The notes beneath the pieces were generated by a model. The model worked only from the letters and a program-made list of their open reading frames with translations, did no database searches and was not told the origin of the DNA. Shown piece after piece: positions 10,394-19,577 of a DNA stretch of 64,000 bases; positions within the stretch are counted from its first letter, which is position 1; every line of letters starts with the position of its first letter. The DNA is from Longimicrobiales bacterium (GTDB taxonomy: Bacteria > Gemmatimonadota > Gemmatimonadetes > Longimicrobiales > Gaopeijiaceae): positions 800,001 through 864,000 of the forward strand of contig OZ242008.1 in the NCBI GenBank assembly GCA_965204735.1, given 5' to 3'. Made by a program: the position numbers and the translations under genes.

Positions 10394-11641
10394 CTAGCGA
10401 AACCGCGGTCCGCGCCCGATGTCCTTCTCGCAGGGCGCAGACCCCTCCCAGGGCGCAGACTCCTCCCGTGGGGCGGCTGCCTGCCGGAGCGCGGCCTCGA
10501 TCTCTTCCGCGACCCCCGCGTCCGTTTCCGCTGCGCGCCGCCCCCGCAGCGCCGCCAGCGCCTCTGCCGACCCGACGCGCCCCAGGGCCCAGGCGGCGTG
10601 GGCGCGCACTACGGCCGCCGGATCGCCCAGGGCCGCCGCAAGGGTCGGCGCCGCCTCGGGCGATCCCCAGTTGCCCAGCGCCACGCACACGTTGCGGAGC
10701 ATTCCCTTGCGCCCCGCCCGCAACAGGGGCGATCCGGCGAACTCGCGCTGGAAGCCCTTGCCGGAGATGGCCAGCAGCCGGCCCGCCAGCTCCAACAGCG
10801 AAGGACGGTCCAGGTCGTGGCGCGGGCCGTAGCGGGCCTCGCGGGTCGGCGTCGCGAACCTCTCGTTCCAGGGACACGCCTCCTGGCAGATGTCGCAGCC
10901 GAACACCCGGGCGCCGATCGCGGGGCGGAGGGCCCGGGGGATCGTCCCCCGCAGCTCGATGGTCAGGTAGGAGATGCATCGGCGGGCGTCCATCACCGGG
11001 GCGCCGGTCTCGTCGCGGCCCAGGAGAGCGCCGGTCGGGCAGGCGTCCAGGCACCGCCGGCAGCTCCCGCAGTGATCCTCGCGAAAGGGCGCCGAGGGCT
11101 GAAGCGGCAGGTCCGTCAGGAGCGCGCCCAAGAAGAAGTAGGAGCCGCGCCGGGGGTGGATCAGCATGGTGTTCCTGCCGAACCACCCCAGCCCGGCGCG
11201 CCGCGCCAGGTCGCGCTCCAGAACCGGGCCCGCGTCCACGTACGCCCTGCAGCGCACCCGCGTCCCCGCCGCCCTCCGCAGCCGCTCGGCCAGCGCCTCC
11301 AGCCGCTCCCCCACGACGCGATGGTAGTCGCCTCCCCTCGCGTAGCGGGCGACCACGGCCCGCGACGGGTCGCCGGCGCCCGCGGTCGGATCGTCGTCGG
11401 CGTAGGAGTGGGCGACGACGACCGCGCTCCGGAAGCTCTCCAGCGTCAGCTTCAGGTCGCCTCGGCGCGCCAGCGCGTCGGGCCGGGCCAAGTACGCCAT
11501 CTCGCCGTGGAGATCCGCTCGAATCCACTGCCGGAAGTGGGCGAAGTGGCTGCTTCGGCTTCCCGTGGCGATCCCGGCCATGTCGAACCCGAGGGCGATC
11601 GCCTCGGCGACGACTCGCTCCGAGTCCACTCGGTCGTTCAC
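10394..11641 (-). CDS. queG: tRNA epoxyqueuosine reductase
   Basis: ARYARGGDYH, VDAGPVLER, CGSCRRCLDACPTGA, CISYLTIE, GCDICQEACPWN, HEAT tail; GTG start at 11641. Confidence 0.93.
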   Translation of the reverse strand: MNDRVDSERVVAEAIALGFDMAGIATGSRSSHFAHFRQWIRADLHGEMAYLARPDALARRGDLKLTLESFRSAVVVAHSYADDDPTAGAGDPSRAVVARYARGGDYHRVVGERLEALAERLRRAAGTRVRCRAYVDAGPVLERDLARRAGLGWFGRNTMLIHPRRGSYFFLGALLTDLPLQPSAPFREDHCGSCRRCLDACPTGALLGRDETGAPVMDARRCISYLTIELRGTIPRALRPAIGARVFGCDICQEACPWNERFATPTREARYGPRHDLDRPSLLELAGRLLAISGKGFQREFAGSPLLRAGRKGMLRNVCVALGNWGSPEAAPTLAAALGDPAAVVRAHAAWALGRVGSAEALAALRGRRAAETDAGVAEEIEAALRQAAAPREESAPWEGSAPCEKDIGRGPRFR

Positions 11642-11703
11642 CCTGCGCCCAGTCTCGGCGTGCAGCCCCAGCCGGCCGAGCCCGACCCCAGCCGGCCCAG
11701 CCC

Positions 11704-12858
11704 CTAGCCGCCCGTCCGCGCCTGGTAGACCCGGCCCTTCCAACTGACCCGCCGCCCTCGCGCCAAGCTGTCCAGGACCGTGCACCCCACGACCAGCGCC
11801 GAGAGCGGTTGAAGCAGCCCGTGGAGCGGCGACACGCGGAAGAACCGGCCGATCTGCGCCGACAGCGCCATGTTGGCCATGCACGCCGACCCGGCCCAGA
11901 GCAGGAACGGCGCTTCCGCGCCGGCCGCCGCGCCCCACAGCAGCGCCCCGAAAGGGAGCTGGTAGACCACCGCGAGCCCCAGCACGAACACGAGCACAGC
12001 CGGCCCAGCCGTCGGCCCCAGCACCATCTGCGCGCCCACGACGATGTTCTTGGACCACCCGCGCACCATCTCCCCCAGGGAGCGGTACATGCGCGTCGCG
12101 AACACGCCCCTCGCTCCCCGGATCACCACAGCGTGCCCCTCGCGGGTCATGATCTGGGCCAGCCGCAAGTCCTCCACGACGGCGGCGCTGGCGGCCCGGT
12201 GCCCTCCGACCGACTCGTAGGCTTTCCGTCGCACCAAGATGAACTGGCCGTTGGCGACGGCCTTCCGCCACCGCGATTGCTGGAAGGGGTGCCTGGTGGC
12301 CGGATACGCCTGGGCGACCAGAAAGACGAACAAGGGCTGGGCGAGCCGCTCCCAGAAGGTTCCCGTCTCCTGATCCCCCGAGACGGAGAGGAGGTCCGCG
12401 CCGTCCTCCTTCATACCCGCCACGGCCCGTCCCAGCAGGTCTGGAGCGTGCCACGTGTCGGCGTCGGTGAAGAGCAGCAGCTCCCCCCGCGCGGCCCCCA
12501 CGCCTTGATGGCACGCCCAGGGCTTGCCGGTCCAGTCGGGAGGCAGCTCCGCACCACGCACCACGCGCACCGAATCCGCGCGGCCCCTCGCCGCTCTCTC
12601 CGCCGCCTCGGCTGTGCGGTCGTCGGAGCGGTCGTCCACCACGATCACCTCGAAGCCGCCCTCGTACCGGGACGCGCACAGAGAACGGGCGCAGCGCCCG
12701 ATGTTCCTGGCCTCGTTCCTCGCCGGCACGATCACCGACACGAAGGGACCGGCGCTGGACTCCTCCGGCAGCGGACGCGGCAACTTGAGCCGCAGGAGCA
12801 AGAAGGCCCCCGCGGCCCACCAGGGAATCGAGAGCGCCAAGGCGGTCGTCCAGGACAT
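11704..12858 (-). CDS. Family 2 glycosyltransferase, membrane-anchored (CrtQ/HpnB-like)
   Basis: IVPARNE, DDRSDD, WTGKPWAC, FTDAD, VEDL, GWSKN; hydrophobic termini. Confidence 0.85.
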   Translation of the reverse strand: MSWTTALALSIPWWAAGAFLLLRLKLPRPLPEESSAGPFVSVIVPARNEARNIGRCARSLCASRYEGGFEVIVVDDRSDDRTAEAAERAARGRADSVRVVRGAELPPDWTGKPWACHQGVGAARGELLLFTDADTWHAPDLLGRAVAGMKEDGADLLSVSGDQETGTFWERLAQPLFVFLVAQAYPATRHPFQQSRWRKAVANGQFILVRRKAYESVGGHRAASAAVVEDLRLAQIMTREGHAVVIRGARGVFATRMYRSLGEMVRGWSKNIVVGAQMVLGPTAGPAVLVFVLGLAVVYQLPFGALLWGAAAGAEAPFLLWAGSACMANMALSAQIGRFFRVSPLHGLLQPLSALVVGCTVLDSLARGRRVSWKGRVYQARTGG

Positions 12859-12959
12859 CGCGTCGTCGTCTTCCGCGCGTTGCAGAGCCGCCCCTCGCCG
12901 GCGGCGCGGGTGCGCCGGGCGCGGGCGCGGAGTGCCGAGAGCCCGTAAGCTTCATCCCC

Positions 12960-14129
12960 ATGAACATCCAGCGCATTCGGAAGCGGTTCCCGATCCTCCG
13001 TTGCCGAAACTACTTGAATTCGTGCTCGCTGGGGGCGCTGTCGGACCGCTCCGAGGAACGTCTGGGCGACTTCGCCAAGTTGTGGCACGAGCTCGGAGCC
13101 GCGGCTTGGTACGACCACTGGTGGAGCGCGCTGGCCGAGCTGCGACGGCGGGTGGAGGCGCTCTTCGCGGCCCCGGAGGGAACGGTGGCGCTCCTGCCGT
13201 CCACCTCCGTCTGCCTGGCGGTGGCGGCGTCGAGCCTGGCGCAGGGCCCCCGGAGCAAGCGAAATCGCATCGTCGCCACCGAGCTGGACTTCCCCACGCT
13301 CCTCTACCAGTGGAAGGTGCGGCCGGAAGCCGAGCTCGTGGTGCTCGAGAGCCCGGACGGGATCGGCGTCGATCTCCAGCAGTTCGCCGACGCCGTGGAC
13401 GACCGGACCCTGGCCGTCGCCACCAGCCACGTCTTCTTCGCCACGGGAGCGGTCCAGGACTTGGCGGCGATTGCCGAGATCGCCCACAGGGCGGGCGCCT
13501 TCGCCATCGTCGACGGATACCAAGGCGCGGGCCAGCTCCCCGTGGACCTCCCCGCGACCCAGGTGGACTTCTACACGGCGGGGCCCCTGAAGTGGCTCTG
13601 CGGCGGCCCAGGGCTGGCGTACCTCTACGTCCGCGCGGATCTCGCCGGCAGCTTGACGCCCAGCATCACCGGCTGGTTCGCCTCCCAGGACCAGTTTCGC
13701 TTCAGCCCCGGCGAGTTCCGCTGCCACGACGACGCGCGCCGCTTCGAGATGGGCACGCCGGCCCTCCCGACCGTTCACACGGCACTGGGGGGACAGGAGA
13801 TCGTGGACCAGGCGGGCGTCCCGGCGATCCGCTCCCGCAACCTGCTGCTGGCGGACCGGCTGGCCGACGGATGCCGGGCGGCAGGTTTTCGGGTTCCGAC
13901 GGCGTTGGACCCGGTGAGCCGGTCGGCGATCGTTCCCGTGGTCCACCCGTCGCCGGCGGAGGCCGTGGAGCAGCTGGCCGAGAAGGGGATCGTCGTGGAC
14001 CACCGGCCGGGAGTGGTGCGCGCCAGCCCTCACTTCTACAACACGATCGAGGAAGTGGACGCGTTCGTGGCGACTCTGTCGGCCTTGGAACTCCCGCGGC
14101 AGGACTCGAACCTGCGACCCGACGGTTAA
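12960..14129 (+). CDS. Class V PLP-dependent aminotransferase (kynureninase/desulfurase-like)
   Basis: YLNSCSLG, DFPT, VDGYQGAG, KWLCGGPG, RFEMGTP, SPHFYN. Confidence 0.88.
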   Translation: MNIQRIRKRFPILRCRNYLNSCSLGALSDRSEERLGDFAKLWHELGAAAWYDHWWSALAELRRRVEALFAAPEGTVALLPSTSVCLAVAASSLAQGPRSKRNRIVATELDFPTLLYQWKVRPEAELVVLESPDGIGVDLQQFADAVDDRTLAVATSHVFFATGAVQDLAAIAEIAHRAGAFAIVDGYQGAGQLPVDLPATQVDFYTAGPLKWLCGGPGLAYLYVRADLAGSLTPSITGWFASQDQFRFSPGEFRCHDDARRFEMGTPALPTVHTALGGQEIVDQAGVPAIRSRNLLLADRLADGCRAAGFRVPTALDPVSRSAIVPVVHPSPAEAVEQLAEKGIVVDHRPGVVRASPHFYNTIEEVDAFVATLSALELPRQDSNLRPDG

Positions 14130-14163
14130 CAGCCGTCTGCTCTACCAGCTGAGCTACGCGGGA
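14091..14163 (-). tRNA. tRNA-Asn (GTT), CCA not encoded
   Basis: TCCCGCG-TAGCTCAGCTGGTAGAGCA-GACGG-CTGTTAA-CCGTC-GGGTC-GCAGGTTCGAGTCCTGC-CGCGGGA-G; complete cloverleaf, 73 nt. Confidence 0.97.
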
Positions 14164-14232
14164 TCAAAGTGAAAGGTAGCCGAAAAAGCTGGCGCAATTC
14201 CGGGGCGGAGGCAACTCCAGCCACAGGAGAAG

Positions 14233-16092
14233 TGTCAAGCCAAAGTAGAAATGTCCGGTAGTTGGCCAAAGTAGAAATGTCCCCCCTGATGGTGTGGACG
14301 GTGGGTTCTTCCTGAGGCCGGGGGCCAGGTGTCGGGCGCAGGACACGCGGATCCAGCAAGCCTGGGCTGGACGGCGCCGGGCGCCCTGTTCCGGGCGCTT
14401 CAAGGCCAGTGGCGGCCGGGCGAGTCGAGGTCGTCGCCGTGGCCAAGCTCTGGCCGGGTGGACGCCAACGCGGACGGGTCCGGACACTGCTGCCCCGATG
14501 GCTCGCAGTTCGCACTGAGCCTGCCAGCTCGGACGGTCGTGGTGCGCCGAGCGACCTGCGCAGCGCCGGCAAGCCTCGGAGGCACGGATGCCGACACTGC
14601 GGTCGCGTCCGACCTTTGCGGGAAGGGGGGTGCGAGCCGCCGTCCCCGCCTGCGGGCTCAGGACGAGGTCCTGCACCGCTCGGGACCGGTCCCGTTGGAG
14701 TGGGCGGCGCGGTGTTCCCGCTTGGCCACGGCCTGGGCCACGCTGGCGCTGAAGTGCTTGCGCCACGGGTGATCCCTTCCCGGCTTCGGCGGCTTGGGCC
14801 TGGGCTTGGCCGTCGCGGGCGCGGGCGCCGGCTTGGGCGTCGCCGACCGGACCGCCCCCAAGGCCTTGGGCGTCAGGTAGCAGCCGCGATGCCGGAAGCG
14901 CAGCTCGCCCGAGAGGCGCCGTTCGACGACGACGGGGGAGCCCGGCGCGACGCCGGCCGCCTCGGCGTCGCGGGCCGTGACCTGCCAGAAGCGGTTCTCG
15001 AAGCGCACGGTGAAGTCGCGGGCCACGACCCGCGTGTCCGTCTCGGCGAAGAGGGCTTCCAGATCGATGTCCTGAGGCAGCGGGCGATGGGCGTCGAGGG
15101 GATCGGCCGGCGCCACCGTGAAGCGTTCGTTCCAGAACGGAACCCACCGCTCCTCCAAGTAGCGGTTCGCCGCATCGAGCGTGGTGACTCGCGCCAAGCG
15201 CATCTCTTTGACCAGCCGGTCCTGCGCCGTGCCGAACGTCCGCTCGACCCGGCCCTTCGCCTGCGGCGAGTTCGCCAGGATCACCTCGACGCCCAGCTTC
15301 TCCAGCGCCGTGCCGATGATCGTCCGGGTCCGCTTGCCCTCCGGGCCGAGGCGCTGCCCGAAGTGGCCCGCGTGGTCCACGTATACCGCCCTCGGCCGTC
15401 CGTGGCGTTCGAGGCACTCGACGATCGCTCGCCGATTCGCGGCGCCCGTGTCGCGCTCGACGAAGCGACCGTGCATGAACCCGCTCGTCGCGTCGTCGTG
15501 CAGCGCGATCAGCACGAGGTCGGGCGGCCCCCGGTCTTCAAGCCAGGCGTGAACCGAGCTGTCCCACTGGAGCAGCTCGCCCCGCGCGGCGCGACGCGGC
15601 CGTCGGCGCCGGTGCTTCGCCCGCTTGCGCTTGCGCTGCCACAAGCCCGCGCCCTTCCGCCATGCCCGCAGCGTCTCCGCGCTGACGCGCACGCCCAGCT
15701 CCCGCTCGACGTGCTCCGCCAGAAACGTGGCGCCGAAGTCGGCGTAGTCGGGGTCCCTGGCCATGACCAGCACCTGCTCCCGCGTCTCCGACGGCAGCGA
15801 CCGGTTCGACCTCCGACCCCGGAGCCCGTGCACGACCACCTCGTCGCCCGCCGCCTCGAACCGGCGGCGCACGCGCCGGAAGTGACGCTCCGTCACCCCG
15901 AAGCGCGCCGCGCCGTCGGCCGCCGCCAGCACGCCTTCGCTCACCTGCCTCAACACCGAGATCCGGTCCCGCTCCTTCAAGCTCAACTCCATTCGCTCCT
16001 CTCCCGAGCACGAGTTCGACTCCCGCCGAACATCGCCCGAAAGAGGACATTTCTATCTTGGTAAGACCGGACATTTCTAAATTGGTACGACA
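14233..16092 (-). mobile_element. Intact IS1202/ISNCY-type insertion sequence, 1860 bp
   Basis: TGT...ACA ends, two TAGAAATGTCC boxes at each end, perfect 16-bp flanking repeat CCAGCCACAGGAGAAG (14217-14232 and 16093-16108). Confidence 0.92.
14658..15992 (-). CDS. DDE transposase, IS1202/ISNCY type
   Basis: HGLRGRRSN, GELLQWDSSVHAW, HDDATS, YVDHAG, ANSPQAKGRVERTFGTAQDRL. Confidence 0.92.
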   Translation of the reverse strand: MELSLKERDRISVLRQVSEGVLAAADGAARFGVTERHFRRVRRRFEAAGDEVVVHGLRGRRSNRSLPSETREQVLVMARDPDYADFGATFLAEHVERELGVRVSAETLRAWRKGAGLWQRKRKRAKHRRRRPRRAARGELLQWDSSVHAWLEDRGPPDLVLIALHDDATSGFMHGRFVERDTGAANRRAIVECLERHGRPRAVYVDHAGHFGQRLGPEGKRTRTIIGTALEKLGVEVILANSPQAKGRVERTFGTAQDRLVKEMRLARVTTLDAANRYLEERWVPFWNERFTVAPADPLDAHRPLPQDIDLEALFAETDTRVVARDFTVRFENRFWQVTARDAEAAGVAPGSPVVVERRLSGELRFRHRGCYLTPKALGAVRSATPKPAPAPATAKPRPKPPKPGRDHPWRKHFSASVAQAVAKREHRAAHSNGTGPERCRTSS

Positions 16093-16409
16093 CCAGCCAC
16101 AGGAGAAGGCTCCAGCCCCCAAGGGAAGGCCCCGCCCGCGGTCCCCCTCGCCCCTGCCGTCGCCCTCGCGCCGGCGATCGCAGCGAGGAGCCCCGGAGCC
16201 GCGTCCAGCCTCCGCAGAGGCGCGAGTCCCAGCCGAGACGGTCGAAGCGGTCGGCGGTCGGCTGGCCAGCCTCCGCAGAGACGCGAGTTCCCGCCCTGAA
16301 GGACGTGAACGCTGCGCCGTCGGCGTGCGCTTGCTCCCTTCGGAAACATTTGGTTATCGTTGCTGTCATGTTGACCCCCGTCCCCGCCGGCGCCCGCCGC
16401 CCCGAGGCC

Positions 16410-17246
16410 ATGGCCGACGTGCCCGGCGTCTGCGAGCTGCCGCTGACCCGGGCCGTGGTCCAGTACCGCGACGTCCACGAACTCGATCACCCGGGCGGGC
16501 GCATCCAGGACATCGGCCTGGCCGTAGTCGTGGAAGGCCGCTTCGCTTCGTCGGTGCGGGCAATCGACCTGGGCTCCGCCGAGACGAAGTTCCTCGACCT
16601 GAGCTCCGAGCTGGTCGTGCTGGACTGGGTCTACGAGCCGACCTTGGCCCACGTCCGCCGCTTGGCCGCCGCGGCGTCCGAGGACCGGCCGCCCGGCGCC
16701 GGGCTGGGACCCTACTGCTTCGACCTGGCGCTGCGGGTGCTGGCCAGGAAGGGGTTCACGCCCCTTACGCGCTCCACGCTGCTGCGGATCGGCTACCGCG
16801 ACCTCTGCCAGGACTTGGACCTCCACGAAGGCACGGCGGTGAGGATCGCCACCCGGCCGGGCAAGCTCGTCCGGGTGCATCTGGAGTACGACGCTGCCGC
16901 CCTGGTGTTCGAGACCTTGCCCGCCGAACGCGATCCGCTGCTGGAAAGCGCCCTGCGGGAAGTCTTCCCGGGGATTCCCGCCGCGCCGTTCGGCGCCGGC
17001 GAAGGCATGGGCGCCGAACCCTGCCGGGGCTACCGCGTGCGGTTCGGGGTGCCGCTGGACTTCGGCGAGGCGCGCCGGAGCCTCTACCGGATGCGCCACG
17101 GCCTCTCCCACCTGGTGGCCCGATTCGAGCCGGAGCGGTTCCGCGAGCTCGACGGCTTGGTCTCGGCGTTCGGGGAGCGCCGAACGCTGGATCGGCTGGG
17201 CTTCCCCGGAGTCGCCGCCGTGGGAGTGGGCGCCTCGATCCACTGA
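16410..17246 (+). CDS. Hypothetical protein
   Basis: Protein-like composition with G/C-rich third codon positions; GAGG before ATG 16410; no family recognised. Confidence 0.7.
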   Translation: MADVPGVCELPLTRAVVQYRDVHELDHPGGRIQDIGLAVVVEGRFASSVRAIDLGSAETKFLDLSSELVVLDWVYEPTLAHVRRLAAAASEDRPPGAGLGPYCFDLALRVLARKGFTPLTRSTLLRIGYRDLCQDLDLHEGTAVRIATRPGKLVRVHLEYDAAALVFETLPAERDPLLESALREVFPGIPAAPFGAGEGMGAEPCRGYRVRFGVPLDFGEARRSLYRMRHGLSHLVARFEPERFRELDGLVSAFGERRTLDRLGFPGVAAVGVGASIH

Positions 17247-17792
17247 AGGGGCCGCTCGGCGACGCTCGCCGCCGCCGCGAGACCCGGAGGGAGGCGCGAC
17301 GGGGGTCCTGCGGAGGCGATGGAGACGCCGGGGGGGACCCTGCGGAGGACCCGAGGGCGCCCGAACGGACCCGCGCCGGCGGTTCCCGAGGATGTTTCCC
17401 GAGATCGCGTCTTCGGGCGCCACACCCCCTTTGGGACCGTCCGCTGCAGGGCCGTGCGAGTCGTCACAACTCCATATGGGATTGGTACTTTGGGAACGGA
17501 CCGCACCGATGACGGATGCTCGGGCGGCCACGGGAAACAGTTGGTAAGAGGGGTCCGAGACATGCGGCGGCGCAAAGGCGGCAATTCTTCGTAAATCATT
17601 ATCAGACAACACTTTGCGCACAGTTCCAGACGCGACTCGCGGAAGTGGCGGGCGCTCCGCCCCGCTCACTTGTGAATCCTACTTCGGCTTCGTATCGTTC
17701 CGATCCAACCTTCTGGAGACGAGGGGCCCCGGCCACCGACGGCCGAGCCGATTCTGCTCCGAGCCCACCAGCCGACACGATAGGGATTGCCG

Positions 17793-18014
17793 ATGTGGAA
17801 CACCCGGTCCGTGCGACTTGACGTCCGCCTCCCGGCCGATGTGGCCAACGAGGTGGAGAGTGCCCAGACCTCCGACCCCGGGTTCCTTGCCCAGGTGCTC
17901 GAATACGGCTTCGCCCGACGATCGGCGTACCGTGCGCTGAAGGACGACCAGCCGAACGGCCGGACCGCCCATCACTTGCCGGACGGCGGGACCGGGGGCT
18001 TCGTGCAGCCGTAA
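17793..18014 (+). CDS. Small hypothetical protein, possible ribbon-helix-helix-like pattern
   Basis: MWNTRSVRLDVRLPADVANEVE...LAQVLEYGFARR: a strand followed by two helices. Confidence 0.6.
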   Translation: MWNTRSVRLDVRLPADVANEVESAQTSDPGFLAQVLEYGFARRSAYRALKDDQPNGRTAHHLPDGGTGGFVQP

Positions 18015-18378
18015 GTTCCCCCCGGGTTCGGGCGCGCCACCGTCGGTGGGCTCGTCCGGGCTCGCTCCCCGCCGGGAAGTCCGGCTCGCTCCCACAGGAC
18101 TTGGCCCGGGGGCGGCGCCACGCTTTCCAGGACCGGCGCCACGGCTTCGTCGCCGGGGCGTGGCCGTGCCTCCATGGCGGTTGACCGGGCGGCCGGGCCG
18201 AGCGGCCAAAGCGACGTCGGCCCGCGCGTCCAAGGCGGCGCAGCATCTTCTTGTTGCCAAGTCGAATTCCCTTTAAGACCTTGACGTGCCGCCATCGCCT
18301 GTGCAATCTTCATGTTTCCTCTCGGTAAACGTCTGACTGCCGGGTTTCGTCCAGCCTTTGGGTACAAGGCAGAAACAA

Positions 18379-18720
18379 ATGGCGGAAAGAAACGGCGACC
18401 GCGTGCTTCGCGCCAAGTACAACGACTATTGTTCGGGACGGGTGGCCGACGTCCTGTTGTCGCTGTCGGCCGAAGAAGTGTACGCGCTGGCCGAGGCCGA
18501 AGCCCGCGCGGCCAACCTCGTCGCCCCGTCGTCCCACGACGAAGCCGTGCGCCTCGCCACCCGCAAGATCCGCGACCGCCTCAAGCTGCCCCGATTCCGA
18601 GAGTGGGCGAAAGAGTACCTGCGGGAACCCCAGCGCTTCGACCCGCACCTGATGGGGCTGTGGCGGTCGGAGTCCGACGCCGACTCCGACGGCGAAGAAG
18701 CGGACGACGGCGCGGCCTAG
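18379..18720 (+). CDS. Hypothetical protein
   Basis: MAERNGDRVLRAKYNDYCSGRVAD...; coding-like codon bias, acidic tail. Confidence 0.7.
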   Translation: MAERNGDRVLRAKYNDYCSGRVADVLLSLSAEEVYALAEAEARAANLVAPSSHDEAVRLATRKIRDRLKLPRFREWAKEYLREPQRFDPHLMGLWRSESDADSDGEEADDGAA

Positions 18721-18750
18721 CAGCCCCGCCTACTTTGCAGCGGTAGACGC

Positions 18751-18966
18751 CTACTTGTAGCGGTAGGTGACTCTGCCTCGGGTGAGGTCGTAGGGAGACA
18801 TCTCCACCTTCACCCGATCTCCGGCCAGGACGCGGATGTAGAACTTCCGCATCTTCCCCGACAAGTACGCCAGGATCTCGTGGCCGTTCTCCAGCTTGAC
18901 CCTGAAGTTCGCGTTGGGGAGCACTTCGGTGATCGTGCCTTCCATCTCGATCGCGTCGCTGGCCAT
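18751..18966 (-). CDS. infA: Translation initiation factor IF-1
   Basis: [41 protein letters not shown]...[15 protein letters not shown]. Confidence 0.97.
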   Translation of the reverse strand: MASDAIEMEGTITEVLPNANFRVKLENGHEILAYLSGKMRKFYIRVLAGDRVKVEMSPYDLTRGRVTYRYK

Positions 18967-19406
18967 CAGAAGGGCAGGTCGTCGTCGGGCTCGGCGACTG
19001 GTGCGCTCGCGCCCTGAGCCGCCGGCTCGTGTCCGCCGCTCCGCGGGGCGCCCTGTTCTCCTTCGACGCCTCCCCTGGACCCCAGCATGATCATCTCGTA
19101 GACGATGACGTCGGTCCAGTAGCGGGCGTTGCCTTGCTCGTCCTGGGTCTGGGAGTACTCTATCCGGCCTTCCACGTAGAGCCGGTCGCCTTTCTTGACC
19201 CACTGCTCCACCACGTCCACGAGCCGGCCGAAGAAGGTAAGGCGGTGCCACTGGGTGCGTTCCTGCTGCTGGCCCGCGCGGTCCTGGAACGAGCGGCTGG
19301 TGGCGAGGGAGAGCTTCGCCACGCGGTTGCCGCTTGCCGTGGTCCTCACGTCGGGGTCTCCGCCCACGTTGCCGATCAACGTGGCCTTGTTGAGAGATCG
19401 TGCCAT
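18966..19406 (-). CDS. ssb: Single-stranded DNA-binding protein
   Basis: [33 protein letters not shown]-terminal DDDLPF. Confidence 0.96.
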   Translation of the reverse strand: MARSLNKATLIGNVGGDPDVRTTASGNRVAKLSLATSRSFQDRAGQQQERTQWHRLTFFGRLVDVVEQWVKKGDRLYVEGRIEYSQTQDEQGNARYWTDVIVYEMIMLGSRGGVEGEQGAPRSGGHEPAAQGASAPVAEPDDDLPF

Positions 19407-19577
19407 GGGGTTCCTTGGGAGTTGGGCGCTGTCCTTGGGGGGCCGGTGCGGTGCTTGGGTCTGCTGACGGGCGAGAAAGGTAAGGCGAAGCGGCCCGGGC
19501 CGCCATGGGGTCGACGGGTGGCGCGACTGCGCGGAGGGGCCTTCCGACTGCCCCCGGGCGTTCCTACCTTTGGGGCC

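Noticed and set aside
10431..10466. Short two-unit duplications at gene termini (also near 49760 and 49990)
   Set aside because: Real but only two units each, in unconstrained tails or spacers; most simply replication slippage
11642..12976. Apparent 445-aa N-terminal extension of QueG
   Set aside because: It overlaps the glycosyltransferase in another frame; QueG similarity starts at the GTG at 11641
14164..14232. XerCD (dif-like) site targeted by the IS1202-type element
   Set aside because: No dif-like sequence seen beside either copy, and the long TSDs do not fit the short-TSD xrs-targeting subgroup
14294..14772. Passenger ORFs in the IS tail
   Set aside because: Differences between the two copies are largely non-synonymous and the translations are not protein-like
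18281..18309. Possible sigma-70 promoter TTGACG-N17-CAATCT
   Set aside because: The -10 match is too weak to support without TSS data
17247..18378. Possible oriC near recF-gyrB, or a known ncRNA/riboswitch
   Set aside because: No cluster of TTATCCACA boxes, no dnaA, and no recognisable SRP, tmRNA, RNase P or riboswitch motif
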